A DNA stretch of 64,000 bases from Bugula neritina. Its lineage: Eukaryota > Animalia > Bryozoa. Every line of letters starts with the position of its first letter. Within the stretch, counting starts at the first letter, position 1. The stretch covers positions 17,980,995 to 18,044,994 of the forward strand of contig OZ037765.1 in assembly GCA_964035545.1 (NCBI GenBank), written 5' to 3'. This document shows positions 1 to 15,851 of this stretch, in pieces. Both the position numbers and the translations under genes were made by a program. The notes under the pieces are model-generated. The model made no database searches and was not told the DNA's origin. It was given only the letters and a program-made list of their open reading frames with translations.

Positions 1-3000
1 CTACACTGTAAGAGAAACATGTATGTTATTTGCAAAGCTTTTCGTTCCAATAAATCTGAACATACCTATATAGTTAACTAGCACTCAGTAACACATCCAT
101 TAAACATTACAGCTTTATTTGAAGTCAGCTGAATAGCTACAAAGAAGTACATCTACTACTAGTCTTGCTTCAACACCAAGAGCCTGGAATGATCAGATGT
201 TGCATGGTCACTCAGGGAAACCAGCTGGTACACAAGTTACTAGGGTTCTCTCTAGAGTAAATAAGTGTTGGGGACACATGCACGTGTATGTTGAAGCAGA
301 ATTTGTGTGAAAGTACCTTACATTTAGGAGTTTTAGGTATATGTTGCTGTGCATCACTCAGAAAATAAAAACATCCTGGCACCTTGCACTTGATTAAAAT
401 TTATTAGTTAGTTATTTTAAAATGACTATTAAAAAAGAAGATTTTTTTATTAACTTGAACAATAGAACTTCAATTGAGCAAGGTTGTCTCTCAAAATACA
501 TGCAGTTCATTTGGACAGAAAAGTTTTCGTGGTCTAAAATTTAACTAAAAACAGGAAAATAGTTGTATGCAGCACAACAATAAACAGTGTATTTTTGGCA
601 CAAAAGATATATTTAAAGACTACTAAAAAAATATACTTTTGAGTATGCAAAATTAACATTCGAATACATTGATATTGCATATTGATAAATAGATTATTAG
701 ACAACCCATTGTTGTAGAACATATATTTACTACTTGCCACCTACTTTATCAAATGCTGTAGTGAGAGATCGTATGTAAATTCCAAGGTATTCTTTCTCTT
801 TGGCAGCCATTTTTAGGGCTTCTTCAGCATCATAAACATTGTTTTGTAGTTGTGTTCTTTCTAACTCCAGCTTTGACACCCTGCTCTTTAGGTGCTGTAT
901 AGTGTTGGATTTGGCCATGGCATCTGATTTTCCATCTTCAAGAGACTAAAAAGCATAACACATGATTAAATATTTTAGAACTTTTACATAATAATCAGCT
1001 ATTGGTTTTGCTAACTAATGGCAGGTAGAACAATTTTAAGTTCATAACTACAGATTTACAAAAGAAATGTGTTGGTTTATACCTCAACTAAAATTTTCCA
1101 AATGTTGTATATTTTCCTTCAATTCGGTATACATATGTGCTACGTTTAGTAGCTATGCAATGTCACATTATAGTGATATTTTATGACACTAGCAGTTAAC
1201 TGAAGCATCCTTAAAAATAACTTTCAACTAATTATATTAACTCGAGATTTTATATGGAATTGCTTTTTTTCAGTGACCTCACATCTGCTTACTAAAATGA
1301 AATTAACATTAATCTCATATTGTTAATATTGTAAAAAATGGTATTTATGTTAAAAGAACTAAAATCATTAATAGACGAAAAAGGCTTTTTTAAAGACTTC
1401 ATGCAAGGACTTATTTGTTTCAAATTTTATTCTCTTGAAATTACTACCGAAAACTATTATTGCTAATTTCATTTGGTTACAAAATAAAAAATTCAGGATC
1501 TTCATTCCACTTATTTAGAAGCATAGTTCTGCTGCATTTTATAGTATGGTCTCAGTTAACAGAACACAATTCCCAATAACCTCCAGTTATTTAAAATGCA
1601 GAAACTATTTATCTTTATCAAACAGCGTAGGAGAGGCATACTTTTAGTGATTCTTGAATTTGCGACTCATGTTTTGCTCGTATAGCCTCTTCCTCGGTGA
1701 GCCGGTGACTGATGTCTCTCAGCTTATCACTCTGCTCTGCCAGCAGTCTCTGGGCTTGCTTTTCTCTCTCCAGTGTGTGGTTCAACTCACCAACAACACT
1801 GTCATACTTGTCCACACTCACCATCCTCTCAGCCTGTCAGACATCATGGCAAACTGACAATGACTAATCATTTTTGCTTACTTTTTGTATTTCTCTCAAA
1901 TACAACATTCAACCTGTGGTAATGACCTACCTGGTTTCGAAGAACTGCTATCTCTAATTCGAAATTTTCAGCTGATTGCTCAACTTGTCGCAGCTGTTGC
2001 TCAGATGATGAAAGAGCTGCAACTTTGGCTTTCAGTCTCTTTCTCTCCATCTCGCTATCATGGAGCAGTTTGATGAAACTGAGCACCCTTTCCTGGAGGC
2101 TGGTCAGTATATTCTATAGGCATGAGGTGTACAATAGAAACCATTTACTATGAGAAGTTCACAAAGCAGCATCTTTTTATTGAAATAAATAGCGTTATTA
2201 GATCAAGTTTATACACCCAGATGATGTGAAACAGCAATCGATTACATTGAGGTAAATTCATATAAAATAACCCTAGCTATGATGTCTAAACTTACAGTAG
2301 ACGGAAGCAAGTGTAACTTTTGCTCTAGAGAGCAAGTGGCCATGAGATCATGCAGCCCTCTGTTGAGTCGCTTGCCTACAGTGAGTCTCTCCTGGTGTGA
2401 GCCGTATAGTGGCTCAGGGTCAGCGCCAACATAGAGAGTTTCCAGTCGTCCTATCAGCTTCTTCAGGGTTGTTCTGGCAGCGGATACCACGAAACCTGGC
2501 TGACACCCCTTCTCTGTAAACAAGCAATGAGAATGTTGAAAAAATTGTTAACCAGCTTGTAAAATAAACTCTCAGAGCAAAACAATTGCTTCAACTTTCA
2601 ACTCAAATTATTTCAAAACATTTGAGATTTAGAGTTCTATGTTGCGCTTAAAATTTCACTTTACTATAAAAACTGTTCTTTATACATAAACAAATTACAC
2701 TACAAGCCTCTTCATAAATGTCATATTGTGGAATCACTGAGTGAATGAGGCAAATCACACATTAAAACATAGAATCATATAATTATATATAATATATTTT
2801 AACAAAACTCATATATATCATGTGTACTCTAGCTTATGTACGGAAAATTTGATTTTGATTCTGTGAAATTATCTCAAGCCATCACTATGCAATGAGTTGT
2901 TGGTTATAAGTGACTAGAGATATTTGCTTAGACTGAATGAATGAAGTTGTCTACCTTTATGGGAGTATCTCTTCAGAGCTTCCATCACATCCTCTGTGCA

Positions 3001-6000
3001 TGACATCACAATGGATATCACATCCTTATTGGACAGCCAGTCTATGATGTCAGATTCAGACAATACAGAAGCTTCCGGTAGAGCTCTCTGGGAGCTATCA
3101 CAGAGTTCTGGAACAATTCATTGAATTTTAGATTCAAACACCACATTAATACACTATTAATGTCTTTCTATTGTAGTAAATGTCTTGTTAACTCATATAA
3201 TACTAAGTTCTAATACCTCCCCCCCCCCCCCCCCCCCCCCCATATGTAGGTATTGCAATACAGCTTTTTATCGCAATAAGATAGATAGATGTTTTTAGCA
3301 GTTGCTTATCATGCTGATTGCAACCCCTTAGCCAACTTCTTCCTTGCACTGTGTTAGCTAACTATGGCTTTCTTCAATATTGTGTAAATTACTGCTAAGA
3401 TTTTGACCCATGAAAACGTGAAGTACAGAGATGTAGGTAGAGTTTTATCGAATAATATATGATAAAATTTGAAGCATGAAACCCCATAAACCATAGAATT
3501 TAAAATGTAGGTTTACCAAAATCTCCAAAATTGACTCTTTTGAGAAAGTTCCCCTAATACATAGACAAAAGACATGCAAGTGGTGCAAATGAGCAAATAA
3601 AGCCAACATAATATAAAATAAGTCTAACCAAATTTATCTACAGTTGTAAAACCAGACACACATACTTTTTCTTCTCTTAGCACACTTGAGTGAGCCCAGA
3701 CACACAACGGCTTGCATGTTAGCAAAGTCAGTGTAAGTGAAGACGGGGTGGGCTCCACTTGCCCCCGTCCGTAGTCTACGTGCAGCAATCACTGCTAAGA
3801 CAGCTCTTCTAAACTTGAACAATGATTTCTGCCGTAGTACATTACTGCCAGACATTACTGGATGACCACCAAGTCCTTCAGAGCTCAGTGTTTGCAGCAA
3901 AACACAAACCTGCTTCTTAAACTCTCCCAGTCTACAAACAAATCATGTTTATATAACCAGGAAAGCAGTGACAAATAAGTGTAAGTCATTAATTTAAATT
4001 CAAACAGAAATTGTCATTTAAAATATTGAAAATTAAATATTGCTATGAAGTAAGGATTATAAGGATCTCATTACATCAAACACATTTAAAAGAACCCATA
4101 TACAACACAAACAGCTAAGACAAAATTCTTGAAAACACAAAATAGTATAGATATTAGATAAATAGTATAGAAATTGATATTTGTGTGTAAATCATATTAA
4201 ATTTAAATTTAATTAGCAAACAAACAAAAACCGCAGCTAGTTTTTCACACAAAAAATACAAAATAATTTTCTATGCAATATTTGACTACATGAAAGGGGC
4301 TCAAAATTATAAAATGTTGCGTGCAGATCTATAAATAATACCTTAGGAGTTGCTCTTCCAAAATATTCCTTTGTTTAGCAAGTTTCTTACTGCGGCTAAG
4401 GAGAGGGTAGTATGCCCCGCACATGAGAGCGAAAGCACACAACAACGAGCTGTTGTGTTTCTGCAACATGCTTATTCTGCTCTTGAGGTCCACAGCCTCT
4501 TTCTGAAGATGTTCCATATCAGATGTGGTCTGGCGAAGCTGTTCCCAGGTGTCATCGTATGCTTTTTGTGACATCTAAAATGTAGAAATAATTCTAAGAG
4601 TTGATAAACAAAAGAATAAACAGCGTATAACTTGACTTTAAAACTTAGTGGTGATAAAATATTCATATTCAAATAATATTCCACATAGAGTCACTTTCCA
4701 AAAAAGCTCCTTGAAACAAAACATGAAATAGAAAGTTCAAGTATTTATTATTCAAGCCACTTATGAAAATATAGTGTATATACATACTCTTGGACAAATA
4801 TTTTAGCTTAAGTTCTACAGTAAACACAAACCTCTTGCTGTCTATGGCCCCCCTCCTGAAGACTCCTGTATTCTTGCTGCATAGCTTCGCGTTCTCTGTC
4901 AAAATTATCGTTACTTTCCTTTAAAATTGCTGACATTTTGCTTAGTTCTAAGTCATACTCCTCCTTCTTTGCATCCATTCTTTCATCCCGATTTTGCAGC
5001 TCTTTTTCAAGCATAGGCAACTAAAACACCAACAAATATTTCAGTAAACAATTTTTAATATGTTGAAAGCTGAGACATGAATAACATTCAAGTTGTAAAC
5101 AAACACAACAGTTTTTATAAGTTTGTATTAAGCAATAAATACTTTATTAAATAATTTCGCAAATAAAAAACTGAAATTACTCGTTCTTGAAGATTCTGCA
5201 ACTGAGAAAGCAGAGTCATGGCTTGTTCCAAAACCATTTCACTCAATTCTTCCCATTTGAACTTTTCCAAAGGCTTCTCTTTGCTCTGTTTACTTGTGGC
5301 TTTAGCTGCCAGGGTAGGCAGCAGCAGCCTCTGGTACAGCCCGTGTATGAATCTCATCTTTACCTCATTCTGCTGCAGGTGCACCATTTTTGCATTCGTC
5401 AGCTGCAATTAGAGAATATCATCTTGCACATTTGTAAAGGTATTTAGCATGTTAGAATTTTACTATTTATCAAATTGCTAAAAACTATAACATAATATTT
5501 TGTAAAGTATAATTTGTCCAAGTTATTTATTACAAGATAGGAAAAAATTAGCGTTCAAAAAATTAAAATAATATAATAAATACAAGTACTATTGCCTACT
5601 TCAGTGCCGAGACCAGTGTACTTGGCTTGAAGAGCGTCATACTCCTTTTTCACATGATACAGATCATCTTTCATACTGCTGAGTCGCTGTTCCTGTTCCA
5701 AAGTGGTCTTCCGCAGAGCGTCTGCATCTTTATTAGCCTGAGAGAGACTTTGCTGAGCATCCTGTAAAACATTTGTTATAAACATACAACATAAATGTTA
5801 ATACATTGAAATATCTGTATAACTTGTAGGCCTTAGGTTTTTGATGTAGTCAGCTAGTGCTATCATTTGTTTAAATCTAGAACCAGTATGCATAGACTGA
5901 ATTGTAGCAGTGTAGACCTTATAAGTATACTTTGAGAAATGAAATGCTTCAGGTAAAACAAAATGCCTTTTCCTACTATAGAATTGTTCTAATGCATAGC

Positions 6001-9000
6001 CAAGTGATGTAGAGTTTACAATCATATGCAGACAAAAATAACTTCCTTGTATGTATGTTGGTATCTCATAAACTACATGTGATTTACTTCTGGTAGTGAC
6101 TTTATGATTTAGAGAAAAAATAACCACTGTATACACATACCTCTAAGGCCTTCTGCTTAGCCCAAAGTTTATCTTTAGTGGTAGTATTCTCTTTAGATGT
6201 CGTTTCATAAGTAGAAGACAATTTCTTCAACTAAAATATTTCATAAGAATTCAAACAGTTGACTCATAACTTAATCAAAGCTCTAACTGGTCATAAAATC
6301 TAGAATAGAAAGCCATTTAAACCAGAGTATTAGCAAGTTATACACACACATAAAAGGCCAGCACGTCTTACTACCAACAGATCTGAAGAGATTAGACAAC
6401 CAACCTGATCAGTAGTCTCCTCTAGGTTCTGTTTGTATATTCTCAGAGTGTGTTTGATTGTATCTAGAATAGCACTGGGTGACATGGGTTTATCCCCATC
6501 CTGACTCATTGCTTCTTTTGATGAAGAGTGTGGCGAGGCAGTGCCAAAATTGGCTACAAGCAACTCCAACTCTCTCATACTCCCACCATACGTCTCCTCA
6601 AAGTATTGCTGCAATTTAGCAACATGTAACTGTATGCCAGCATATATAGTTGAAACATTAGGACATACTTTATACTTAATACAATGGCAGAAAACACTGC
6701 TAAATAGAAATATAGGGACATCTGTTTTTCCAAGTAGTCAGACTTGGCAAATAAAAAAAACTCTGTAAGCATATGTCATGCTATCAATTATAACTCAAGC
6801 TACTTGTTTGCAGACATCGCAAATTAATGGTAAACCTAGACATACACATTTCTTTAAAACAAAGTTTACAATGCCATCCACCTAAAAAATGAGTTAAAAT
6901 AAAAAATGTTTGATCAGTTTATTGACATGGCATATTGAATTTACGATTCTGGTGAACAGAATTTGGTAAGCTGGTATTTCATTGCTAAATGAGAAGACAA
7001 TTTCTATCCCAACTCATTACAATAATATAATATGAAAGTAGATCATATTAGTAGTAAAGTATGGTGCAAGGTTTCACACCACAGATATGTGATTGACAAA
7101 ACCCCTCTCTGTTATATACTACAGTATCCATAGCAACCTGTCTCTTTCTTGCCCGATTCAGTTCCGTCTTTAAATCATCCACATTACTTTGGTGCATGTC
7201 CAGTTGTTGCTTTAGATTAGTCACCAGAGTTCGCTTATCTGTCAGCTCAGCTTGGAGCTGCCTCTGACTCAGCATATAGTCTTTTTCATATCTGCAATAT
7301 TCCACATACATAACTTGTTTATAAGAAGCAGTCGCGATCTAGGGATTAGGGCACTGGCTTAGTAAACACAAAATCAGTGGTTCAAGTCCCAGTAAAAACC
7401 ATTGGTGATGTTAGGAAGGGCATTGAGTCATAATTGCTCCTTTGCCACAATAGTGAATAATTGGTTAGCAGGCTCAAAAACTCTTTTCATCAAGCTCTCT
7501 CACAGGAATGGTGACTATAAAACCACTTGAGTTTCATTTGTTCATAAGAAAATGAAACAATCCTTGAGTTAGGTTTTAAGACAAGTGACATCGCGCAAAA
7601 ATAGATGCGAGTATTCCACCATTAAATTAGAAGATAATTCCTATAACAGGTGTGCAAATAGAGTTACAATTGTTTATTGCAGCACACTAACTTGTCCAGT
7701 TTTAACTTTGTGGCTCTGTGTAAAGATAGCTCATCATTATATGCTTTCTCCAGTTCCCGGAGTTGACCAGAAAGTGTGTCGACATTTTCCTGCAGGCCAT
7801 CATTAACAACCTTTTGGTGCTGCATTGAGTTCTCCAAGTCATTGATTTTCAGCTACCAAGTAGTCAGTACAAGAGTTTATTTTGAAATTTAAATCTAGTT
7901 ATTTCTGCCACCAGAACTTTTTGGCATCATTAGAAAGCTTGAATGTTGCCGATTCGAATGAGAACAACTTACACTGCAAATATATTTTCAACAGTATCAG
8001 AAGACAAAAATGATCAAAAAGCACATTCTGATATCACATAATCATACATGATGTACTCAAACAAAGAGTTTGCTTTCTCATAACATAAAGGTTTATTTTT
8101 CTGTTGCACATCTCTTCATGTTAAGTGAAATTTAGCAAGTTTTAAGCTTTCTAATGATATAAAAAGTGCTGAGTGGTGGCAGATCTTCAACTTACAATCA
8201 GCAAACTTTCGGATTTTTAGAATAAACATGCAACTTCAACTCAAGCAGCTTTTCAATGACACATTAATGCAATTGATGCAAACTCATTGAAAGGGCAGCT
8301 ACATCCTGTTAACAGAAACACTCTGGCTGCAAACAGGAATCTAACGCCAAGGTGACATGGCAGACAAACAGCAAATTACAACACTGCTTTTCTGCCAGAC
8401 ATGGGTGAAGTGACGGGAAAAGGAGTCATGGCAAAACAGACTTACTTTTCTCACCGAAGAATTGATAACTTACCTAAAGTCTGACAAAATGAGCTACAAG
8501 ATGTAAGTTAATCAGTCGAGCTTTAGTAGTGCGAAACAAAAAGTTCAACTTTGCTTTTAGTTTTCATAATTTTTAGAATCACAATTGGTGATCTGCAGAG
8601 TCAAGTTGAAAGAGGTCAAACAGTTTTATTATCAGAACATTTTACCAACTAACCTGCACCAGTTCACTGTTGAATTTAGATTCAAGGTGACTAGTTTTCT
8701 CTGCCTCTATAGCTTCAGATAGCTCCTTGCTGTTTTGCTGAACTACCTGGAAAACACCAGTTTTTTTACAAACGACAAATCTACACATACTAAAAACCCA
8801 ATGCAACAATTGCAACATGCAGTGTGCTATCTATCTAACAATTAAAAACCCAAATAGAATGCATGTGTTGACTAGATCTCAATATTACTATTGTAACATA
8901 CATACTGGCTAACAATTGCTAACAAAAACATCCACCTGCAACCAAATTTGAAGCAACGGAAGTGGCTAAACCAACTTAGTATAAAAATATATATATTACT

Positions 9001-12000
9001 TTATATTATAAGGATCCTGTTAGGAAGAAACGTATAAAATTGTGTCAGCAAACTAAATCACTACTAATAGTAATCTAGATAGAGTTTTTACCAGATAAAT
9101 CTAATGACTAAATTTTGATTCAAGAAATATAGCAAGTTAATCTGCCCAGTCAATTAAAACAAGCTAAACAGAAATGATTGAAGTTATATAAAACCGGGTC
9201 ATAGCATAAGCTCAATTCATGGCAAAAAATAATTCAAATGACTCTAACCCATAAATTACAGGTAATTTACAAATTGGTAATATGCTGTGATATGTCATGT
9301 ATAATCAATAAAAATTAAAAAAAAGTTACAGTTTACAAGCTTAGTTATATACATAGCATAAAATTTAATATAATTTACCATACCAACTAAAGTTGCCAAA
9401 AATAAATCATTAAATTTAATTTTTGAAATTTAAATGCATACACCAAAATTCAACACTTATCCTCATATTTCTAATTTCATATAGTGAGATTAAGTATTTC
9501 AATAGGATGGAATTTTTAAGATATTCAAAAATGTGAACTAAACTCCACAATTTGAATAAAATGACTTGACTCAGAAAATCATGTTCAATAATTACAGCAA
9601 GCTGAGTTATGAAACTTTAGACACTTGAGTCAACAAGCACTTAGGTGAGCAAGCCACTTGCTTTGAACTATTGGAAAACATTAAGTACCTTAAATACTTC
9701 TTTCACAAATTATAGCTAAATTGTGTAGATATGTCATAGCAGTACTTTATTTTAGGTTATAAATTAACTTTATTAAATCTAAACAACTTTTGTTATAAAT
9801 TATAGGACAAATCACACATGCATGACTGACCTCCAGCTGTTCTCTGTAATCTTGCTCAGAAACTGTAAGAGATTTTACTCTTGCATTGGCTTCAGCTAAA
9901 TGTTCCTTCACTTTGTCCAATTCAATTTTTAAATCAGTAAACTGATTGCGGTGTTCACCAATGGTTCTAAAAATCATGTAACATCAACTGTGATGTATAT
10001 TAGGTTGATTATGAACTTTAAAAAGAGGTAACTGCAGCAACCGTTCCACTTTTTAACCATTTTATTAAACTCTGAATCTGTATAAGTTGGTATCAGGCAC
10101 ATTTTAGGTTTAGAATTTAGATTCAGGATTTAGGATTTAGGTTCAATTAGTAATTGAATGTCAAAAAACTGAAATTGTTGTAAAAGATTAGTCCTATTAC
10201 GTTTTACAAAAAAATAAAATTTGTTGCATAATGCACCATGCATTAGTGTATTGATAAGCTTTAGCTACATTCTATAGCAACCTGTTTTAATTATGTAAAC
10301 TGCTGAGCAAACTAAAATCAAATGAAACAGTTGTGAAAATTTTACATACTCTTGTTGCTGTTGAATGACTTCGTTTAATGTGTTACGTTCGGCAATAACA
10401 TTCTGCTGTTCCTGCACAGTCTCCCTTAAAATCCTGTCTCTGTCAGCAATCGTCTCCTTCAGCTGCTCAACTTGAACTGACATGCTTTTTTTATTTTGCT
10501 CATTTTGATTTTCCAAGGAACTAATTTTTGCTCGAGCATCATTTAGTAGTTCTGAAAAAATAATGAATATAATAAATATTTAATAATATACCTGCTGTAA
10601 GTAATGTCGATCAATATTTTCATATTGTAGCAATGAGTCGTAGCCTGTAAACTCTGAATTACATACTAAATAAATTCTTTTTCGGAATAAGTTTGTTGTG
10701 ACGTGAACACTCACCTTCCAACTGCTCAATAGACTGGGCATTGCTGACAGCACGGGTGCCAGCAGCCTTCTGTTCTTTTTCCAACTGCTTCCTATTCTTA
10801 TCCAATTCAAACTCAAGTTGCTCTGTGAACTCACTTTGCTGTTCAATCTTAGCTTGTAAAGCTGCATTCTGGGTGTGCAGTTTACACGCCTGTGTTATAC
10901 AAATAACTAGTAATAGACATGGAAGTATTGGAAATATTCAGCTTAACTAGCTAAGAGGAAATAAAAGCAGATTTTTCAAAAAATGTTAATTTGAGAGACT
11001 AACTGTATTATGAAAAGTTGCCCACACATATAAAATAACATAACACAATATAAATAAAATAACACAATTGAGTTTAATGATTATAACTTAAGCTATGCAA
11101 AGACTCGTTATGAATACACTAAATATACATTTTGGAATGCAAATTATTAGTCCAATCAACTCACCTCCTCATTAAATCTAGCAGCTTGCTCGAACTTTTC
11201 TTTGTTTGCTTGAGTTAGTTTTTTTCGAAAGCTTATAGTATTTTCTATAAAACAATGCAGTTATTAATGCACAACATTACATTCACTCACACACATTTTA
11301 ATTTAGGCATTTCCTGATATTACCTTATTGAAAACAGACACCAAGAATTATACCAGGTGTACTTTACAAAAACAGCACTTAAAATGAGGCAAGTGCATTA
11401 AAGTTGTTTTACAGGTAAAGCTCGGAATCTAGCAGACAATTGCAGCATGAAAAGTTGTCAGCCCTAAAAATAAAACGGCTCACTCTAGACTAAACTTTGA
11501 ACCAATAGTCAAGAAGTTATGTCACAGTAGAAAACAAATGTCAAAAGTAAACACTTCAAACTAATTAAAGGTGCAGTATAGCAATACTAATCAACTGAAA
11601 GATGCACACTTCAGATTAGACCCAAAAAACAATCTTCTTAGATAATATGGGTCATTTGATATTATAAATATTGGAACGCAAATTTAAACTATAAATTTCT
11701 ATAGAATCATCATATAATGGAAAGTTATAGCTTCTATAATCAGTTCAATTGCTACAATTCAATGCAACTTTGGCAATCTTCATATCTATGTCTATACAAA
11801 CAGCAATTCTTGTTTGCTTTCACTAAATTGAAATATAAAATGCCTATCAGCCCTGGCATTACTGCACAAAGCTTTTCTGACCTCTTTCTGACGAGAGCTC
11901 CAGTTCCATCTGAGCCAATTGAGTCCGTAAACTCTTCAATTCGATTTGACGGTCAAATGTGTCATTGAGATTGCTTTTAAACAAAGGTGTCTTTTTATGT

Positions 12001-12559
12001 TGAAACATATTTTTTGGTAGATTCTATAAAACAAAGCAGAAGTTTAGTTTTTACAGCAGAACTAGTTTTACAAGTGCTATGCAAACTTTTCACGAGTGCT
12101 CACTTAGCAGTAGATAACAAACAAAAAGCATTTTGTTTTACAAAATGCTACAGTGAAATTTCCTGCAAAAAGAAACCAACTCTAAAATCTACATAATCCA
12201 ACACAATTGATGACGTTGATTCCAGAAATGTAAATTCAGGCGGCAATCTGACCAGCTCACAAGCCTTGGAACTTACAGAATCAAAGGCAACTCTATTTGG
12301 CAGTATTTAAAATTTAAAACAAAATGTCAAAGCAGTATTGCAAGTTCTGCAAATATTTATTCAGTTTTTATGTATCAAAAATGATGTTAGAGTATCAATT
12401 CAACAAGTTAGTTAATTCACAAGGAGAACTCATTATGTTTCCGACTTATAAAAAATTCTTGATGTATAAATTATTACAAACCTCATCATCAGAAGAGCTG
12501 ATATGTGAACAACTTGGCAGACTTTCACTCTCAGTTGTTATATCACCCGCGCTAGACAT
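1..12559 (-). CDS. CCDC171: Coiled-coil domain protein, CCDC171-like; multi-exon, 3' end probably beyond the left edge
   Basis: About 20 GT-AG-bounded coiled-coil exons on the minus strand (approx. 12482-12559 with ATG, 11882-12023, 11166-11244, 10716-10889, 10350-10551, 9831-9966, 8654-8747, 7138-7291, 6404-6600, 6140-6230, 5599-5762, 5181-5402, 4831-5020, 4342-4575, 3665-3931, 2954-3107, 2296-2513, 1930-2115, 1642-1853, 745-945). Motifs LFKFRRAVLAVIAARRL and CAFALMCGAYYPLLSR recall CCDC171. A probable non-coding first exon lies at about 13800-13900. The symbol is from recall. Confidence 0.7.
3219..3241. repeat. C23 homopolymer (G23 on the transcribed strand), intronic
   Basis: Direct read of the sequence. 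Confidence 0.9.
7328..7520 (+). mobile_element. Degenerate tRNA-derived SINE
   Basis: tRNA-like head with B-box GGTTCAAGTCCC (7379-7390), followed by GTTAGGAAGGGCAT, which resembles a conserved central segment of many metazoan SINEs. Confidence 0.5.
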
Positions 12560-15500
12560 TGTACTGGCTGTTCTTTATTATTTATAAGTGTCTGTTGTAG
12601 ATCTTATACATATGGGCAATATCCTGCATAAAAGTAGGGAAAAATTGCATAAAAGTAAGGAAGAATATATCTACAAAACCTAATTTTAATATCATATGAA
12701 TACCAAAATATTGACCAAAATTATTGATAATGAATTGTTTGAAATTTAATTGAATACTAATGCAATTATAAATTTTATACTTTATATGCAGTGTATTATT
12801 TCAAATTATTATAAGTTTATGTAGCTTTTAAGTTTCAAAGTAGTTGATATAATGCACTTTTTTGTAAAAAAAACAGTGTAAATCAAGTAATAGCATATTG
12901 TCTTAAATAGCATAATGATTAATAAAGCTTCATCTGATTATAATTGGCCATAGGTTATAAAGTTGAGTTACCCAAAATATACTCTGCTTATAGTCACACC
13001 CTGACTCACCAGTCACTGAATTATACTACAATAGCCTTTGATCATTGACTAGCACTCATACTCGCACTAATACTCTTAGTATTACTATCACTGAGCAAGT
13101 AACTTCATTTCACTTTCCCAGTCTCAGTTGTTACACTAATATCAAAACCTATATTTACGCCTAATAGCAATACTCAGTCAAAGTAAATGTCATAGCTATA
13201 ATAGTTTAAAATATTCAAATATGAAATATACAAATATTTAAATTGATATTGATATCTAATTCTATGCAACCAGGTTTACTGTTTCTTAGGGGCTCATACT
13301 GATTATGATGATTTAGATTATAATGATAAACAATCAATGCTTATATTGATAACCTTATAGTTAATGAGTTATTCATATCGATATTCGTTTACTGATTTAG
13401 CAAGACTAAGAGTAAGTGAAACCTGAAGTCTTGAAGTTAAATTGAAATTCAACATGATTAATATTAAAGTTAATCTCGTGTAAAACTTATATAAATTAAA
13501 ATTAGGGTCAACATTACGGTCATTTTGCAACAAATAATCTTAAACCAAAAATTATGCAGCTTAAGAGTTAAGTTTTACCGTGGGGTCGGTGCTAACCCTG
13601 CATCCCTGGTCCAATACTTGAAAGGTAAACTGAAAATGCAAAAATTAAAATTTAAAAGTAAAACCCAGCAACATTCACATTGTGATTATCATTGTGATTA
13701 TTGTATTATCAGTATACTGTCTGATCAAGTGATTGTATACCAATCTCATTTATTTAAACTTTTAAATCGAAACAAAATAAAACCTCAAGAAAACCACCTA
13801 CGTTGAACACAGCCGTTTTTACATACCAGTTGATCACTTGAACTTGAAGTTGATGTCGCTTGAAAAATTCAAATTTGTTTACTATACACCGGATATTAGT
13901 ACCGAAATATAGCTTCCACGGCGCTAATTGGTTAAACTGGTTGCTTAATAAAACAAATTAGTTTGAACCGCTAAAGACTCTTTTTAGAACCACCACTTAC
14001 TATTTTGAGGAGGCAACTCTTTAATAAAAACTAACGTATTTTACTAATTTATTATACATTATTAATTTTTTTGCTGTAGGTGTGTTTTAATATAATGCAA
14101 ACTAAAGGGAAAAAACGATTCACTCCATATTTATAAAGAAATTTTTAGCGATTGCTTCTATGTTTCTGTGATCAGACCTATATCTTTCCAAGCCTTCTAC
14201 AAAATATTTTGTTGTATGATCATTTGCTCTAGAGTCTAGGCTACATATTGCACAACAAGTTAAATACTTTGCATGTGTAATCGTGTAAGTATTTATGCTC
14301 CAAACCAATGAAAATTATTGCTAGATTTTTATTAATAATTATTAAGTACCATATAGGAGAATCATTCATGAATGCAACATGTTTCAAAACTGTTATAATT
14401 TGATATATATTTATAAACTACCATGGCAGCATTGAACAATTCATTTCGTAATATCCAACATTAATTTTTAAATAACCTACACAATAATTGTCTTATAATA
14501 GCCTGGTTACAATTTTTTTATGAGAGCTAGCCCATCGAATTAAAGAATATAAAAAGGATTAAAAATATGGTTATAGGCTTATATAAGCATATATGATGGT
14601 CTATTCAGAGCTATAGAACAAATTTTTATTAATCTCTTCAATGTAATAAAAACTAAAATAAAGCAAGTTTAGTGTTTATAATAATACCATACTTATCCAT
14701 AATTTAAATAAGGTGAAGTATGGTAGGCTAGCTCGAACAAAGATATAGCCTACTTGAAAAAACATAGACTCTTAGCCTTATTTAGGTTCATACTTAAGAT
14801 TGAGGGCCTCGCTAAAGACTTTTTTGTCAATTCTCTAAATTTTACTCCCTCTTGAAAAAATTTTTTACTAATATTTTCCTATTAGCTAATCATAAAATTT
14901 AGTGCTGTGGCAGTTTTTGCACCATATATTTCACATTACCATTAACATTAGTACAGTCAGAAGTTGCGTTATAGAACGTAGGATTTGATAGGAGATAACT
15001 ACTGTTTTATTATTGTTTACGGATGTGCAATAGTTTTACCAGAAATAAATTCCAATCAGAATAAAAACAGCAAAATAATTAACATGTAATGCCAAGTATT
15101 CATAGTATGCATTTTATGTTTTGCTACGTACAGCTCTTGTCGGTATTATAAGTGATTGCTGCAATTTGGGTCATACTAAGAAAAAGTTGAAAACTGCAGC
15201 TTTAAATTATTTGTAAGATTTAACAACAAAAGATTAAAACAAATTATTGTCAGTATTCTATATTACCATCTATTTCTATTACCGTCGATCTAAAATTATC
15301 AGGATAATTCAACTATTTGTTTATTATATTATATTATAACTTACAAGTATGTTCTACAGTTTCTTGAGTTTAAAAGCCTGAATATATATTATATAAGTAT
15401 TGAGCTACAGAATATATTTTCTCCATTCAATAATAACATCATATGCCATAACACTCTGCATATAAAAAATAATATATCTAATGGTCATACATTATTCAGA

Positions 15501-15826
15501 TTGTAGACTATATTATAGTTGAGCTTTGAGGCAAAAAGTCAACATTTATCATAATTATTTAGAAGCGAAGACTTCAAAGGCAAAGTATTAATACTTGTTT
15601 GTAATAATTATATACCAAATTACTATTGTTCATTAAATATAATGCATTACTATATTACATATTATGTATAATAGTATATGGCTGTGGAGTATGTAGAGTG
15701 TAGATTATAGCTTAAAAACTGTTGTTCTTCGGATTATTAACCTATTGATCGCTCGTTCTTATATTATTAACGTTTGCATTATAATGTTGGTAGGACAACT
15801 CTTTAAGGAAAACCTATTTCTTCTCA

Positions 15827-15851
15827 TGACGTCAGTTAGTCTCGCCATTTT
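15827..15851 (+). promoter_or_regulatory. PPP2R2 core promoter: CRE (TGACGTCA), Inr-like TCAGTT and YY1-type CGCCATTTT
   Basis: TGACGTCA 15827-15834 overlaps TCAGTT 15832-15837; CGCCATTTT 15843-15851; about 150 nt upstream of the ATG at 15991. Confidence 0.6.

Noticed and set aside
160-300. 10-bp inverted repeat (TGCTTCAACA/TGTTGAAGCA) flanking a GC-richer 130-bp intronic segment; possible snoRNA or exon
   Set aside because: No convincing C/D or H/ACA boxes, and all frames after the candidate acceptor are closed.
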